A stretch of DNA of 64,000 nt from Felis catus (taxonomy: Eukaryota), in assembly GCF_018350175.1 (NCBI RefSeq), contig NC_058368.1, forward strand, positions 22,322,001-22,386,000, written 5' to 3'. The position numbers were made by a program, and so were the translations under genes. Numbering within the stretch: position 1 is the first letter of the stretch; each line of letters begins with the position of its first letter. Positions 1 through 13,068 of the stretch are shown piece by piece. Under the pieces are notes generated by a model. The model had not been told where the DNA came from, searched no databases, and saw only the letters and a program-made list of their open reading frames with translations.

Positions 1-89
1 ATAAAACACTTTGGAAATATTTAGATTGCAAGTTTGAGATTCCTTTTCAACCTTGTTCCCCAACCATACAGTTTGTCTCCCAAAGCAAC

Positions 90-1050
90 CATTCTTTGCT
101 TCTTGTAAAGCTTTTCAGAGATATTCTATGCATGTAAAAGCAATTATATGTATATTCTTTTAAAAATACAAATGATAATATACTATACACACTGTTCTGC
201 ACCTAATGATAGAGCTTGGAGATCTTTCCAAATGGTACATGTAGGGCTGCTTCACTTAATAGCTGCACAGTATTTCACTGTTACAATGTATCATAATTTA
301 TTTAACTACTCCCCTATTGATAGACATTCAAGTTATTTTCAACCTTTTACTATTACAAACAATGCTGCAATGAACATCTCTGTACAAACATCATTTCATA
401 AATGTGTAAGTGTATCTGTAGGATAAATTATTAGAAGTGGAATTGCTTCAGAGAAATTTACATTTTTTGACATTACCAGATATCAGTTTATACTAATGTA
501 TTTCTCATTAACACACCCTTCCCAGTAGTTACCACACTTTTTGATATTTGCCAATCTGAAAGGTGAAGACAGCATCTCGATATAGTTTATTGTGCATTTT
601 CTTTTTTTTTTTTTTTTTTAAATTTTTTTTTCAACGTTTTTCATTTATTTTTGGGACAGAGAGAGACAGAGCATGAACGGGGGAGGGGCAGAGAGAGAGG
701 GAGACACAGAATCGGAAACAGGCTCCAGGCTCTGAGCCATCAGCCCAGAGCCCGACGCGGGGCTCGAACTCCCGGACCGCGAGATCGTGACCTGGCTGAA
801 GTCGGACGCTTAACCGACTGCGCCACCCAGGCGCCCCTTATTGTGCATTTTCTTATGAGTAAGGTTGAATATCCATATTAAACTTTTAAGAAAGAACTAT
901 TTATTTTTCCTTTTCTGTGATCGGTCTGCTCCTAGCCTTTGCCTATTTCTCTACTGGATTTTCAAGGGCTCCTTATACATTTAAGAAGTTAGCTCTTTTT
1001 GATAGGCTGCAAATATTTCTATTTCTTTGTCTTTTACCTCTCTTTATGTT
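90..1050 (-). mobile_element. Old L1M 3' end, interrupted by a SINE
   Basis: L1 3'UTR-like motifs (ttacaaacaatgctgcaatgaacatc, agaagtggaattgct, tgccaatctga). Confidence 0.7.
604..837 (-). mobile_element. SINEC_Fc (young)
   Basis: Near-consensus with CpGs intact; TSD ttattgtgcattttctt at 587-603 and 838-854. Confidence 0.97.
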
Positions 1051-1197
1051 GTTTCCCTCCCCTCCCAAGAGGGTGGGTTAGGGTGGCACTGGGGATGAGT
1101 ATCCAAACATTAGAAGTTGAAAGCCGAAGCTTAGAGTTTGCTCAAAGAGAGGGTTTCTGAAATGTGATTCTACAAAATCTGGTTTCATAAGGTACTT

Positions 1198-1495
1198 ATT
1201 TTTTTTTAATTTTTAAAATTTGTTTATTTTTTTAATGTTTGTTTATTTTTGAGAGAAAGCACGAGAACGAGTAGGGGAGGGGTAGCGAAAGAGAGAGAGA
1301 ATCCCAAGCAGGCTCCCCGCCGTCAGCACAGAGCCCAACACAGGCTCAATCCCAGGACCAGTGAGATCATATGACCTGAACCAAAATCAGTCAGATCATA
1401 TGACCTGAACCAAAATTAACTTACTGAGGCATCCAGGTGCCCTTATTTTTTTTCATTTTAGAGAAATAAAGTGCAAGCGGGGGAGGAGGCATTGG

Positions 1496-1556
<61 letters not shown>

Positions 1557-1678
1557 TCTCAAGCAGGCTCCATGCTCAGAGTGGAGTAGGATACAGGGGT
1601 CAATCCCACAATCCCAAGACCATGACCTGAGTCAAAATCAAGTCAGAAGCTCAATTGACTGAGCCACCCAGGCGCCCC
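1198..1678 (-). mobile_element. Two tandem/nested Can-SINEs (1198-1443 and 1444-1678) with a (GA)n tract
   Basis: Two SINE bodies inside one TSD, cataaggtactt (1186-1197 and 1679-1690). Confidence 0.92.
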
Positions 1679-2046
1679 CATAAGGTACTTCTAAAAAAGG
1701 ATTCTATTGTCAAAAGAGTTTAGAAGATGCTACAAATGACAAACACATCTTGAAAATTGATGATGAATGGCCTGTTAAAGGTGTTCGTAAGGTCTACAGC
1801 AAATCAATTTTATTTTCTTAAACAACTCAAATGTACTGGCTTTTTTTTACCTCCTATAATACTTACTAACAATCTTACAGTACCTGTTATACTGCTCTAA
1901 CCTTGAAGGGAATAGATAGAAGAGACCTGTAGTATGTTTCTTTGTATGTTACCTTATTCATTCTTTTTTACCAATCCCATAAATGTTACAGGTCTCTCAT
2001 GCTTCCAATTTCAATCTCCTTTTTCTCCTTACTTTGCATACTTCAC

Positions 2047-2324
2047 TTTAAAAAAAATTTTTTTTAATGTTTGCTTATTTTTGAGAGAGAGAGAAAAAGA
2101 GTGCAAGTGGGGGAGGGGCAGAGAGAGGGAGTCACAGAATCTGAAGCAGGCTCCAGGCTCTGAGCTGTCAGCACAGAGCATGACACAGAGCTCGAACTCA
2201 CAAACTGAAGCTCGAACTCACAAACCGAAGCTCGAACTCACAAACCGTGGAGCTCGAACTCACAAACTGTGAGATCATGACCTGAGCGGAAGTTGGACAC
2301 TTAACCAAGACACCCAGGTGCCCC
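2047..2324 (-). mobile_element. Can-SINE with an internal 4x repeat of about 20 bp
   Basis: TSD actttgcatactt; agctcgaactcacaaac occurs four times at 2189-2270. Confidence 0.93.
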
Positions 2325-2404
2325 CACTTTGCATACTTTTCTTGAAGAACACATTCAAACTCATTGCTTCAAATTACATATTGACAAATTCACAATTTCT
2401 ATTC

Positions 2405-2874
2405 TGTGATGGTTAATTTTATGTGTCAACTGGACTGAACTAAGAGATGCCCAGATAGCTGGTAAAACATTAATCCTGGGTGTGTCTATGAGGGTGTTTC
2501 CAAGAGAGATTAGCATCAATTGGTGAACTGAGAAAAGCAGATGGCCTTTCCCAGTGTGGGTGGGTAGCATCCAATCTACTGAAGGCCGGAAAAGAACAAG
2601 AAAGTGGAGGAAGAACAAATTCACTCTCTCTGCTGCCCCTGAACATCAGTAATCCTGGTTCTCAGGCCTACCATCAGCCCACTGATTCTTAGGCCTTTGG
2701 ATTTGGACTGAATTTTATCACTAACTTTTCCAGTTCTCCAACTTGCAGAAGGCAGATCATGAAACTTCCTGGCCTTTAAAATCATGTAAACTAATTGCTA
2801 AAATAACTCTCTTCTGATACATATCTATGTATATCCTACTGGATCTGTTTCTCTGGATAACCCTGACTAGTACA
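2405..2874 (+). mobile_element. MLT2-type (ERVL) solo LTR
   Basis: Starts tgtgatggttaattttatgtgtcaact and ends aaccctgactagtaca (TG...CA termini). Confidence 0.85.
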
Positions 2875-3069
2875 CACTCCAAGCCTTTCTTATGAGCAAG
2901 ATCTATAAAACCAAAAGGTACTTTGACCCTACCATGCTCATGGTTTCCATCTTTTTACCCAAACCAATCCTTTTTTCCTTCTACATTATTTAGCATAGTA
3001 AAAGGTGCTCTCCTCCTTTATCTTTCTGCTCAACTGACTGAAAATTATAAATCAGCCTAGTCTCTTCTT

Positions 3070-3570
3070 ACCCCTAGTCTCTTCTGAGCTCCCCATATTT
3101 CATCATTATTACTACTCTTTTGGTTATTTTCCTGTTTAAAACCCTCAGTGGCTCCCTGTTCCCTTCGGGATAAAATCCAAAATTTTTGGAGTTACATATG
3201 AAGGGATTTGTTACATAGCCTGTTTTCCTTTTTAGTCTCCTTTTCAGATACCTCTCCATGTACAATGTTCTCCAATCTATCTAATTAATCATACCTTTTC
3301 AGTCTCCTCTAATGTCCATGCAGTATGCCTTTGCACAGGTGATTCCTTCCGCCTCTAAGATATTTCTCTTTTTTTTTCCCCTTATGGCTAAACATCTGTT
3401 TCTTTGAGTATCAACTTTTCCTGGAAGCACTCAACAGCTATTCCAAGCTGTGTTAGGTATTCCTTCTCTGGCCTCCCACAGTATTTGGGCATACCTAACT
3501 CCATCATAATATATATTCTACTGCATTTTAACTGTGGATTACTTGCCTGTTTCCCGTAGTAGGCTGTGAG
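3070..3570 (+). mobile_element. L2 fragment
   Basis: aaaaccctcagtggctccc...gataaaatccaaa and gcctttgcac...ccttccgcct motifs. Confidence 0.55.
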
Positions 3571-5599
3571 GCAGCGTCTAGGTTTCTCAAATGGCTGTCA
3601 AGAATTGAGCTTTCCTTCAGGACAGCACAAAAGATTTATGGCAAATTGTCTTTCCAGGAAAAGAGCATGCCTTTAGTTATTCTGTTTTGTGTTCTGGCGA
3701 GTGCCTGAGTATGGGAGACTGAGTACAAAAGGGTAAGGAATTCCAACATATTAAGATTTTAAAGAATGTTACAATATTGAAATGAAGATCTTTCATTGTA
3801 ATGATAAAAGGGTTTTCCAAAAATGGTGAAAGATTATATGATAAAATAAAACACAAGGGGATGTTAAAGACAGAGAACTTTGTTGATCCATAGAAAATAA
3901 AAGCAGGATTTAATTAAAATCTCTAAAAATGAATCAACATTTTCAAATAATGTTAGTGCATAGGTTTTGGGATCAGAATTCTATGTTTAAATTATGACTC
4001 TGGCCAAGAGTTACTCAACCACTGGAGCTTTAGAGCAATTAATACACAACTGCAAGAAAACTGTTTACCACCACAATTACTATGTTATTGTATGACTCTT
4101 ATGGTTACTGGTGACATGTCTATATGTGCCTTAATAAAATACCATAGTCACAAGACACAAGCCATACTTCTATAGACATAAAAAGGGTCTAAGAAATGAA
4201 ACCATATTGGTTGCTATGATAGAGGAAATGAGAATTGTGAGATGAGTCCTAGATAAGTTGGAAGAAGAGAATGATATTTTCCTCTATTTCTAGGTAAGTA
4301 GTAAAAATTACATTCAACATGTTGTCACATAACAAAAGGAACCAGGAAAGATCTTTTCTGTTTCCTGGGACAATTTCTGCAGATGGTATAAGGGTATGTG
4401 AATCAGATTATGTAAATTCATGGTAATCTCTATAACTTCATATAAATGTTCTCTGAACAACCTAGGCTTGCCTTATCATAGCTATATACTTTGGGGAAAA
4501 AATAGAAAGGTTTATACCTGAGTTAGAATGTTTAATTAACACTTCTTTGAGTCCAAAATTGTGGTTTTAGTTACAACAAGGTTAAACTAAGGTAAATCTA
4601 TGTTTTTGTAATTGTTGCCCTTCTCACCAGATCTTTCTACTGAACTTAGAGAGTCTGGTTTTCATTTAATAAGGAAGGTAATTTTTCTAAGACATTCTTT
4701 CATAGGGTTAGGCAAATGTATGTAGAACACAAAATAGGTCTGCAGTAATACTAGTTTCTTTCTTTAGCATCTCTTCACAGAATGGTTTAGCTAAAAAGAG
4801 AGGATCCAAACAAATATATCTTCTTCCATAAATATAGTCTGGCTTATACAGATAACTTTTTTGGCGTTGGACAAAATCCTCAACATCTAAAGGTTTTTTT
4901 TGCCCTGGGTTTCTTATATGTCCCCTTGTGTGTCAGAATTCTTTAAATCAGTTCTATACTATGGTATCAAATTTATACATTTCTTTTCTTCCACCCCCTT
5001 AATTTTCAAAAATCGTCAGACTATTATTATGTACTTAATAAGCTTAGTATGTCCCATTTTTTAGTTTTTAATAGTTAAAACATCCACTTATTTGTACCAA
5101 AATACATTATATGGTTCACCATTTTCCTTAATGAGCCTTACAAGGCCTCAGCTTTAAAGAAAATAATCTATACATTTTTAAAAATGAAAGTTGGACTAAA
5201 TAATTTAAAAGGGGCTAAAACTTCATATCTGTTACTTAAGCAATTAATATTGTAATCAATATTATAATTGATAACCAAAATGATCACATTATATAGAAAA
5301 CGTAAAGAAGAAAGAAACTCCTACCTATGGTAATCCTACCATACAGGGACAGGCACTGGAAGGAAATGTGCCCCCAATTTTTTTGATGCATATATATTCA
5401 TTAAAGTCATAGTTTTCCTAATTACAAAAGAAAGCTAATTCTGTTTATATCCTTAATGTCCTTCAAGATTCAAGTTCTAATTAAATAAAACCACTAATTA
5501 ATAAGAATTTTTAATGTTCTATTTGAAGAGGTAAAAAGTAGAGAACAGAACTCATCCTTTGAGTGTCCTAACCCCAAAACTTGTTTGGATGATCCTACT

Positions 5600-5800
5600 G
5601 TGAGCACCCTTCCTGTTCTTTTCCATCATAGCACTTCTCTCACTCTAATGAATTCCTTAACTGTTTGTCTTCCCTAGGAAACTATAAACTTCATGATGGG
5701 CAAGGATAATGTCTATTTTATACATCACTATGTCTTCAGTTTTGCAATGGTGACTGTACATAATAAGTTCATAATTTGCTAAATGAAAGAATGAATTAAA
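5600..5800 (+). mobile_element. L2 3' end
   Basis: actataaacttcatgatgggcaagga...aaatgaaagaatgaa tail. Confidence 0.6.
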
Positions 5801-6421
5801 AAAAACCCTCTAGGCTATACTTCAATCTAGACTAAGCAATTTATCAACTCAATTTTCTAAATAATAACAGTACATATGACCAGTATTAATGTTTATAATG
5901 ATTCTGAATTGTTTTCTGTATACTCTGTTTACCAAGGTTGACTATAAGTGTTTATTTTGTAAACATTTTCTGTAAAATGACTCGGAAAAGGGCTTTCTGC
6001 TTTTCAGTTGATAGGAAAGGTATTTTACAAGAACACTCTGTGCTAGGTTAAAGTTTAAAGCATACACTTTTATGTCTAGAGTTATTAAATCTAATAACAT
6101 CATCTTCAGTAAAAATATCTTAAAACCAACTGATGAAGATTTCTTGCCCAAAAGATGAGCAGGTAGAAATGTGTGTGCACACTCCTGTGTGATTTTTCTA
6201 AGACGACGCAACGTGAACAAAGGTATGAAGGGGGTATTGGCAAGAAATATGTAGAGATTAGGGGACCTACAAATCTTGCAATATTTAGACTGGAAGATTT
6301 CTGAAGTAAAGCTGGAAAGAAAGATTGGAATCAGGGATGGAGTGCCTAGAAGATTAGGCTAAGGGTTCCATACTATACAAAATGGGAGAAGGCAAGGTTT
6401 TTCTGGTTTTTAGCACAGTGA

Positions 6422-6452
<31 letters not shown>

Positions 6453-7306
6453 TAGTGTTTTAAGAAGGCCAATCCCTAGAGTTGCAAAATAAATAAGCAA
6501 AAGTGACACAGACTTTTCTGTAAATAGATTTGGGTCCTAATCAATGTGGGACTAGTGTTTTTAAAAGGCCATAAAACTACTCAGGTGTAATACATGGCTA
6601 AATGGATTTTTGTGACAAGTTTTAATCAAATCTGGTTAGAAAAGTATAGCTCTCTAATGTGGCTATTTGTGGAAATTTCCCCAATTTATACATCCAGTTA
6701 GGCAGATTTGATCGAATCACATTATCTCTATATCACTTAAGAAGAAGTAATTGCTTCATATAGATATAAGTTCTTAACTTATTTGCAAGTGAATTGTCCA
6801 GAAGGGTATTTCAAGTCCAGAATGTACTGACTACTCTCTCAACTTTATGAATGATAGTATGGTTCTGCTATAAACAGTCACCAATGAAAACTGATATGGC
6901 CTAAAATGTAGTTAAAATACTGTGCACATGCAATAACAAAAAAAGTGGAATGACCTTTTATTATTATTTACTGTAGAATATATCTGAATGTATCAAACAT
7001 TTAAAAATATCTAATGTAACTTAATCCTATGTATATATCTATATACATTTATCTGACAAACATATCTGACATGGCTTCCTTTGGGCCAAGATCACTGACT
7101 AAAAAGCTCAAAAATCCAATTCTGCTGGTGGACAAAGAATAAGAATAGAGAGAAAATTCCAAAGGGACAAGTGAAAAGTTGCTGGGGAAAGGTAAATAAA
7201 TATTTTTTGGGTAAAGGGAAAGAAGGGAAAAAAAAGGGGGGGGGGGAAGAAGGGAGGTGGACGTTTCTTACAGCACTTGTTTTATTTACTTAAAATGCTA
7301 TTTTTA

Positions 7307-7527
7307 TTTTTTTATTAATTTTTTTTTAACATTTATTTTTTGAGAGACAGAGAGAGAGAGAGTGAGCAGGGGAGTGGCAGAGAGAGAGGGAGTCACAGAA
7401 TCTGAAGCAGGCTCCAGGGTCTGAGCTGTCAGCACAGAGCCCAACACGGGGCTTGAACTCATGAACCATGAGATCATGACTTGAGCTGAAGTCAGGTGCT
7501 TAACCAACTGAGCCACCCAGGTGCCCC
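7307..7527 (-). mobile_element. Can-SINE
   Basis: SINE body; TSD taaaatgctattttta. Confidence 0.95.
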
Positions 7528-7954
7528 GGAATAAAATGCTATTTTTAATAGGAAGTACATTTACAAGATTCAAAAATGAAAAAATGTAAAAAAGTATAGA
7601 GAGAAAATCTTCATTCTATCCTTGTTCCCCACTTCATGCACTACCACCCCATAGGTAAACACTGTACTTACTTTTAGAGGATCTTTCAAGATTTATTATT
7701 ATTCTGTACTCTGTGGCATTTATTCATAACTTTCCAAAATTGTTTGCAACTAAGCTATGGTCAATTAGAATGTGAGAAGTGATCTGCATAATCTCCAGGG
7801 TATGTCTTTAAAGAAGAGGGTGTATCTTAAATCTCTTTTTCTCTTCCCCTTTTGCATTTAGTCTGGGACACAGACATGGTGGTGAGCCAGCTTGGTTCAT
7901 GCAGATGAGCACAATATCCTAGGGATGGCAGACTTAGTGGTTTTAAAAACTTTT

Positions 7955-8425
7955 AAAACTTAGTGGTTTTAAAAACATCCATTTATTAGTTCACAGTTCT
8001 GTAGTTCAGAAGTCTGGACACAGTATGACTAAGTTCCCTGTTCAAGGTACATAAGGTGAAAATCAAAGTGTTGGTTAGGGTGTGTTCTCATATGGGGGTT
8101 GTGGAAGAATTCAGATTCTTAAGGTTGTAGGACCAAGACCCTCATTTCATTGCTGGCCATTGGCTTTCTGGAAGCCACTCTCAGCTAGAGGCCACATTCT
8201 TTGCCACATGGTCCTTTCCTGAATCTCTTACTTCTAGAAGAGTCCAGTCCCTTTTTTAAAGGTTGAGCTGATTAGTTGAGGTTCACCCCAGATCATCTCT
8301 CTTAAGTCAGCTGCACTGTATAATATAACCTAATTATGGAAGTAAAATTCATCATATTCATGGTCCCAGGTGTGTACAATAGGGGGCAATGACCTTGAGG
8401 GCTATCTTACAATTCTATCTACCAC
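7955..8425 (-). mobile_element. MLT1 (MaLR) LTR fragment
   Basis: acttagtggttttaaaaaca...ttagttcacagttctgtag...aaggtgaaaatcaaagtgttgg...ctatctaccaca. Confidence 0.7.
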
Positions 8426-8427
8426 AT

Positions 8428-8651
8428 CTTTTAAATTTTTTTATTTTACATTTATTTATTTTTAAGAGATAGAGTGAGACAAAGTGAGAGTAGAGGTGGG
8501 GAAGAGAGAGAGGGAGACACAGAATCCGAAGCAGGCTCCAGGCTCTGAGCTGTCAGTACACAGCCTGACGCGGGGCTCGAACCCACAAACCGTGAGATCA
8601 TGACCTGAGCCGAAGTCAGACGCTTAATCGACTGAGCCACCCAGGCATCCC
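8428..8651 (-). mobile_element. Can-SINE
   Basis: SINE body; TSD ctaccacatc. Confidence 0.95.
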
Positions 8652-8739
8652 TCTACCACATCATTTAAATTCTGGCTTCAGGTATCTTACATACTTTTTT
8701 TTTTTTTTTTTTTTTGGTAAAAATGAAAGTTTTTAAAAT

Positions 8740-9040
8740 TTATTTTTGAAATTTGTGGCTAAAATATGGATAAAATTAACCATTTTAACTATTTTCAAGT
8801 GTACAACTTAGGGCATTAAGAAGACTGTTGTGCAATAATTATCACCATCAAAAAAATTACTATCACCCATCTCCAGACCTTTGTTATCTTTAAAACTGAA
8901 ACTCTGTACCCATTAAACAGTAATTCCTCATCTCTCTCCCTTGCCCCCCTAGCAATCACCATTCTACTTTCAGCCTCTATGAATCTGACTAAGAGGAATC
9001 TTAAGTATTTGTCCTTTTGTGACTGGCTTATTTTACTTAT
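8740..9040 (-). mobile_element. L1MA/MB 3' end fragment
   Basis: aaactgaaactctgtacccattaaac and ttgtccttttgtgactggcttattttactta. Confidence 0.8.
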
Positions 9041-9094
9041 ATGCTACATATTTTTGAACTCCTATCTTAATATACATCAAAAAAGATTGAGGAG

Positions 9095-9295
9095 GGGGCA
9101 CCTGGGTGGCTCAGCTGGCTGAGCATCTGACTTTGGTTCAGGTCTTGATCTTGCAGCTCATGAGTTCGAGCCCCACATCAGACTCACTGCTGTCAGCTCA
9201 GAGCCCACTTCAGATCCTCTGTCCCCCTCTCTCTGCTCCTCCCCACTCTCTCTCTCTCTCTCTCTTTCTCAAAAATAAACACAACAAAACAAAAA
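9095..9295 (+). mobile_element. Can-SINE
   Basis: ggggcacctgggtggctcag head, CT tract, A tail. Confidence 0.93.
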
Positions 9296-10094
9296 GACTA
9301 AAGATGGGTTGCCAAGGAGATAGGAGAAAAACCAGGAGAATATGTAAACTATAAAAGGAAAAGTCAAAAGAATAATGTTCCAAGAGGGGAATAAATAATA
9401 CAGTGTGAAATCCTGCTAGAGAGGTTAAGTATGATGAGAACCAAGACCACTCATATTAGTAATAGAGAGGTTACTAGTGACCTTCACAAAAGTGTAGCAG
9501 TAATTCTCTAGCAGTACTAGTATTATACAATCACCGTGGTTACTACCTATTGTTGATTATTTTCCCATGCTAGGAGAATTCTGAGTCAAGCTGTGATATA
9601 CAAAGCTAAATAAAATCAATATAGCCCCAAAACAATCCCTTTGGCCTCAGTTTCCAAGTCATTTCATGATGAAATGGGATTTTAAACAAGTATTTCAAGG
9701 GAAAACACAGGTAGTACAAAAAAATAAGAGATAACCTATATGTTGTACATAATTATCTACTGAGATCATTTATTCAATTAAATATTTACTGAGTGCCTAC
9801 ACAGTGCCAGGAATATACTTCATTATAACTGCACATTTCCTCAGTTGTTTCATATATAAAAGGCTAAAAATGTTCAGTAAAGACAGTATGTTTATTGGGC
9901 TAATCTTAACCTAAGCAAACAAATAATGATGCTAATTTTAATCAAAGACCAATGGATATTTGATCCTAATAAAAATCCAATCATAATAATCTAGGGAGAA
10001 GCAAATATCTGAGAAATTAGGAACAGATAGCAAAATTTCTTCTATAGAAAGTGTATTATTTCTATTTTTCTATTTCCTAAATATAACTACTTTT

Positions 10095-10341
10095 ATTTAT
10101 TTATTTATTTATTTATTTATTAAAAAAAATTTTTTTTTCAACGTTTATTTATTTTTGGGACAGAGAGAAACAGAGCATGAACGGGGGAGGGGCAGAGAGA
10201 GAGGGAGACACGGAATCGGAAACAGGCTCCAGGCTCTGAGCCATCAGCCCAGAGCCCGACGCGGGGCTCGAACTCACGGACAGCGAGATCGTGACCTGGC
10301 TGAAGTCGGACGCTCAACCGACTGCACCACCCAGGTGCCCC
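10095..10341 (-). mobile_element. SINEC_Fc (young)
   Basis: TSD taaatataactactttt; (ttta)n tail. Confidence 0.97.
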
Positions 10342-11040
10342 TAAATATAACTACTTTTAAACAAAAATAACTGACCACATAGTCATTAATTTTTAAAAAC
10401 CATAGCAACCTCTCCCTCATGAAAGCACGTTACCATTTTCTTTAACTTAGACATACATTTTTTTACAAGCATTTAGAATTATATATTCAAAAGGCAGCTT
10501 TAAAAATCAAACTAAACACTGTTTTACATATGTAGTTCTTAAGAGTTAAAAATCTGCTTAAAGATCTTTTAGCTCTTCTTCTACTTCTGACTCTAATTAA
10601 TTAAAGTAGCTATATTCATTTTTCATTCTTTCCCTTAAAATTGTCTAATCTTCCCATACTTTCCATTATAAGTCAATCTGTTCTTATCTTCTTCATTTCC
10701 CACCTTGTAATCTACCTTTAATAAGTGGCTTCTTTCCTAAAAGGGAAAACAGGGTCACTTGAAGGGGAGAGAGAATTGTACCCAAAATAAACATTTTATA
10801 TTCATATTTGTCTATTTAATAAAACATCATTTTGTGAGGCCAGCTTAGAGAAGGCATAGATCCCAAAAGGCTCATTTTAGTCACTAACCAATATAAAAAG
10901 TATCAGAATGCAACAGGCTTATAAATACTTATTGAGAAGTTAATACAAGCTATTGCACATATCTGTATTTCTGGGTCTTAATTTCCTTTTGCCATTATTC
11001 ATTAGAATTTTTTTAATCAAGATTTTTGTCACTTATTTTA

Positions 11041-11262
11041 TTTTTTTTTAATTTTTTTTCAACATTTATTTATTTTTGGGACAGAGAGAGACAGAGCATG
11101 AATGGGGGAGGGGCAGAGAGAGAGGGAGACACAGAATTGGAAACAGGTTCCAGGCTCTGAGCCATCAGCCCAGAGCCCGACGCGGGGCTCGAACTGACCG
11201 ACCGCGAGATCGTGACCTGGCTGAAGTCAGACGCTTAACCGACTGCGCCACCCAGGCGCCCC
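11041..11262 (-). mobile_element. SINEC_Fc (young)
   Basis: TSD tgtcacttatttta. Confidence 0.97.
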
Positions 11263-13068
11263 TGTCACTTATTTTAAAAGAACTTACTAAACTGGTTTAG
11301 ATTTTCTATTTCCAGAAGAATAACTTTAACAGTGATATTTTATTCATTAGGAACATAAAGAACTGAGGACAACTGAATTTGCCTATATTTTCCTTTTTGG
11401 CATCAATGTTGCAATTTTCTCTTCACTAAGTCATATATAATATGGTTTCTCTCAAAAAGTAGCACTTAATAGCTTTTAGGGACAACCTGGGACTATTACA
11501 CAATGTACTTAGGATGAGTCATAGTCATTCACTTAACCTAAAATGGGCTGGATTTATGAATGGATGATCTACTATGATTCATTTTTACAAACAAGACTCA
11601 TTAATGTTTCAAAACTAGTATTTTAAGACTCTTTACTAGAACTGCTGTTTTTATCTTGGGAGAGGAATTGTAAGTGGTAAAGTCTTTAATAAAATAATGT
11701 TACTTTCTACCAGTATGAAAATAGTTGCCTTTGAAAATAAAATGCTTTATTTTCTAAGGGTGGTTAGGATTTTATAAGTAATATATAAAGGACCTAACTT
11801 TTCCATGGTTTAGTTTGCTAAATTGTAAAATAATGCCTACTTATATAGGAATAAGAATCTACTACACATGGTTTCTACTTGAGTTATTTATAGTTTCTGT
11901 AGAAACTGGTTAAATTCAGTCAGATGTGTAGTGATAGAAAGTCAGTAGGCCAAAGAAAATCAGTGGTCTTATAAAAAAACTCATAGAATATTGATCTCCC
12001 TATTATTCAAATATATTTAAGATACAGCATAAGATACTGGCATAGTTACATATGCCTAAAAACTTGAACAGTGGAAACTTAATCAAATTTGCACTTGCCC
12101 ACCCTTATTTCACATACGTGCAAAATAATGACCAGAATTTAAGTAGTCTACCCAAAGCTACAGAATCTTAAAATTTTAGACTCATGAAGAACCTTAAAGG
12201 GCATCAACTCCAACCATCCACTCAAAAGAAATTAAACCTCCTCTCTAATAGCCCCATCAGGTGAAGAGCCAGCATATGTATTACCACCTACAAAGATGGA
12301 TGGAAACTGATCACTCCTGAGCCTTTTGGGCAGTTCTGTTTACTACAAACATCTTTCTCATACTGAGCTAAATCTGTTTTCCTAGAATTGTGCCCATTGG
12401 TCCTAGAACCCAGGTGGACTTACTCTCAGACCTGTACCTGTAACAATGAACCATTAATTCGTTCACATACCTTATTATTTCTTTGAAGTTCTATTGTGAA
12501 TTTAGGAAGAAAAGTTATAGGTACAGTTATTTCATGCTGCTAGTTATAGTAACTGTACAATGATATATAAAACAATAGACATTTAACTTCTAATAAATTT
12601 CAGAGGTACTTTTAATATCAAACGCTGACATATCTAACAAGAGTCAAGGGGGCTGAGGCATAGTTTGTATACATGTCTTGGGGATTCCAGGATATCACAG
12701 CAGATCAACTAGGAGTTCCACTTGCATGAGAACTCCATCTTCCTCTTCCTTCCCTGACAAAGACATTCTGAGAGAAAAGGACTTTGATTAGATCTGATGG
12801 GCATAAGGGATTCTGACAAGAACACAGAGAAGAACAAGTCCAGGAATTCCAACTTTTGGAGGGCAGAGAACTCACTCTTAGGTAGCAGAGTTGGGATTAA
12901 TGGAATACAGGGCTTATCAGTATTTAATAAAATACTGTATTTATTAAGGACCTCAAAAGTCATCTGGCTCAGTTCAGGAGAACTTGCTAAAAAATGCTCT
13001 GCAAAGGAGATCACAAATATGAAAGAGCAGACTAACTGTAAGGAAGGCAGATATTTGGTTATACTCAC

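Noticed and set aside
651..881. Recurrent ORFs MGQRETEHERGRG... and MAQSVKRPTSAQV... (also at 10155, 11076, 45746, 47842, 53593, 57678 and others)
   Set aside because: Translations of Can-SINE copies on either strand, not a gene family.
2189..2270. Short direct repeats (also 14760-14850 and 17300-18480) as CRISPR-like arrays
   Set aside because: Mammalian DNA, no unique spacers, no cas genes; these are tandem repeats within TEs.
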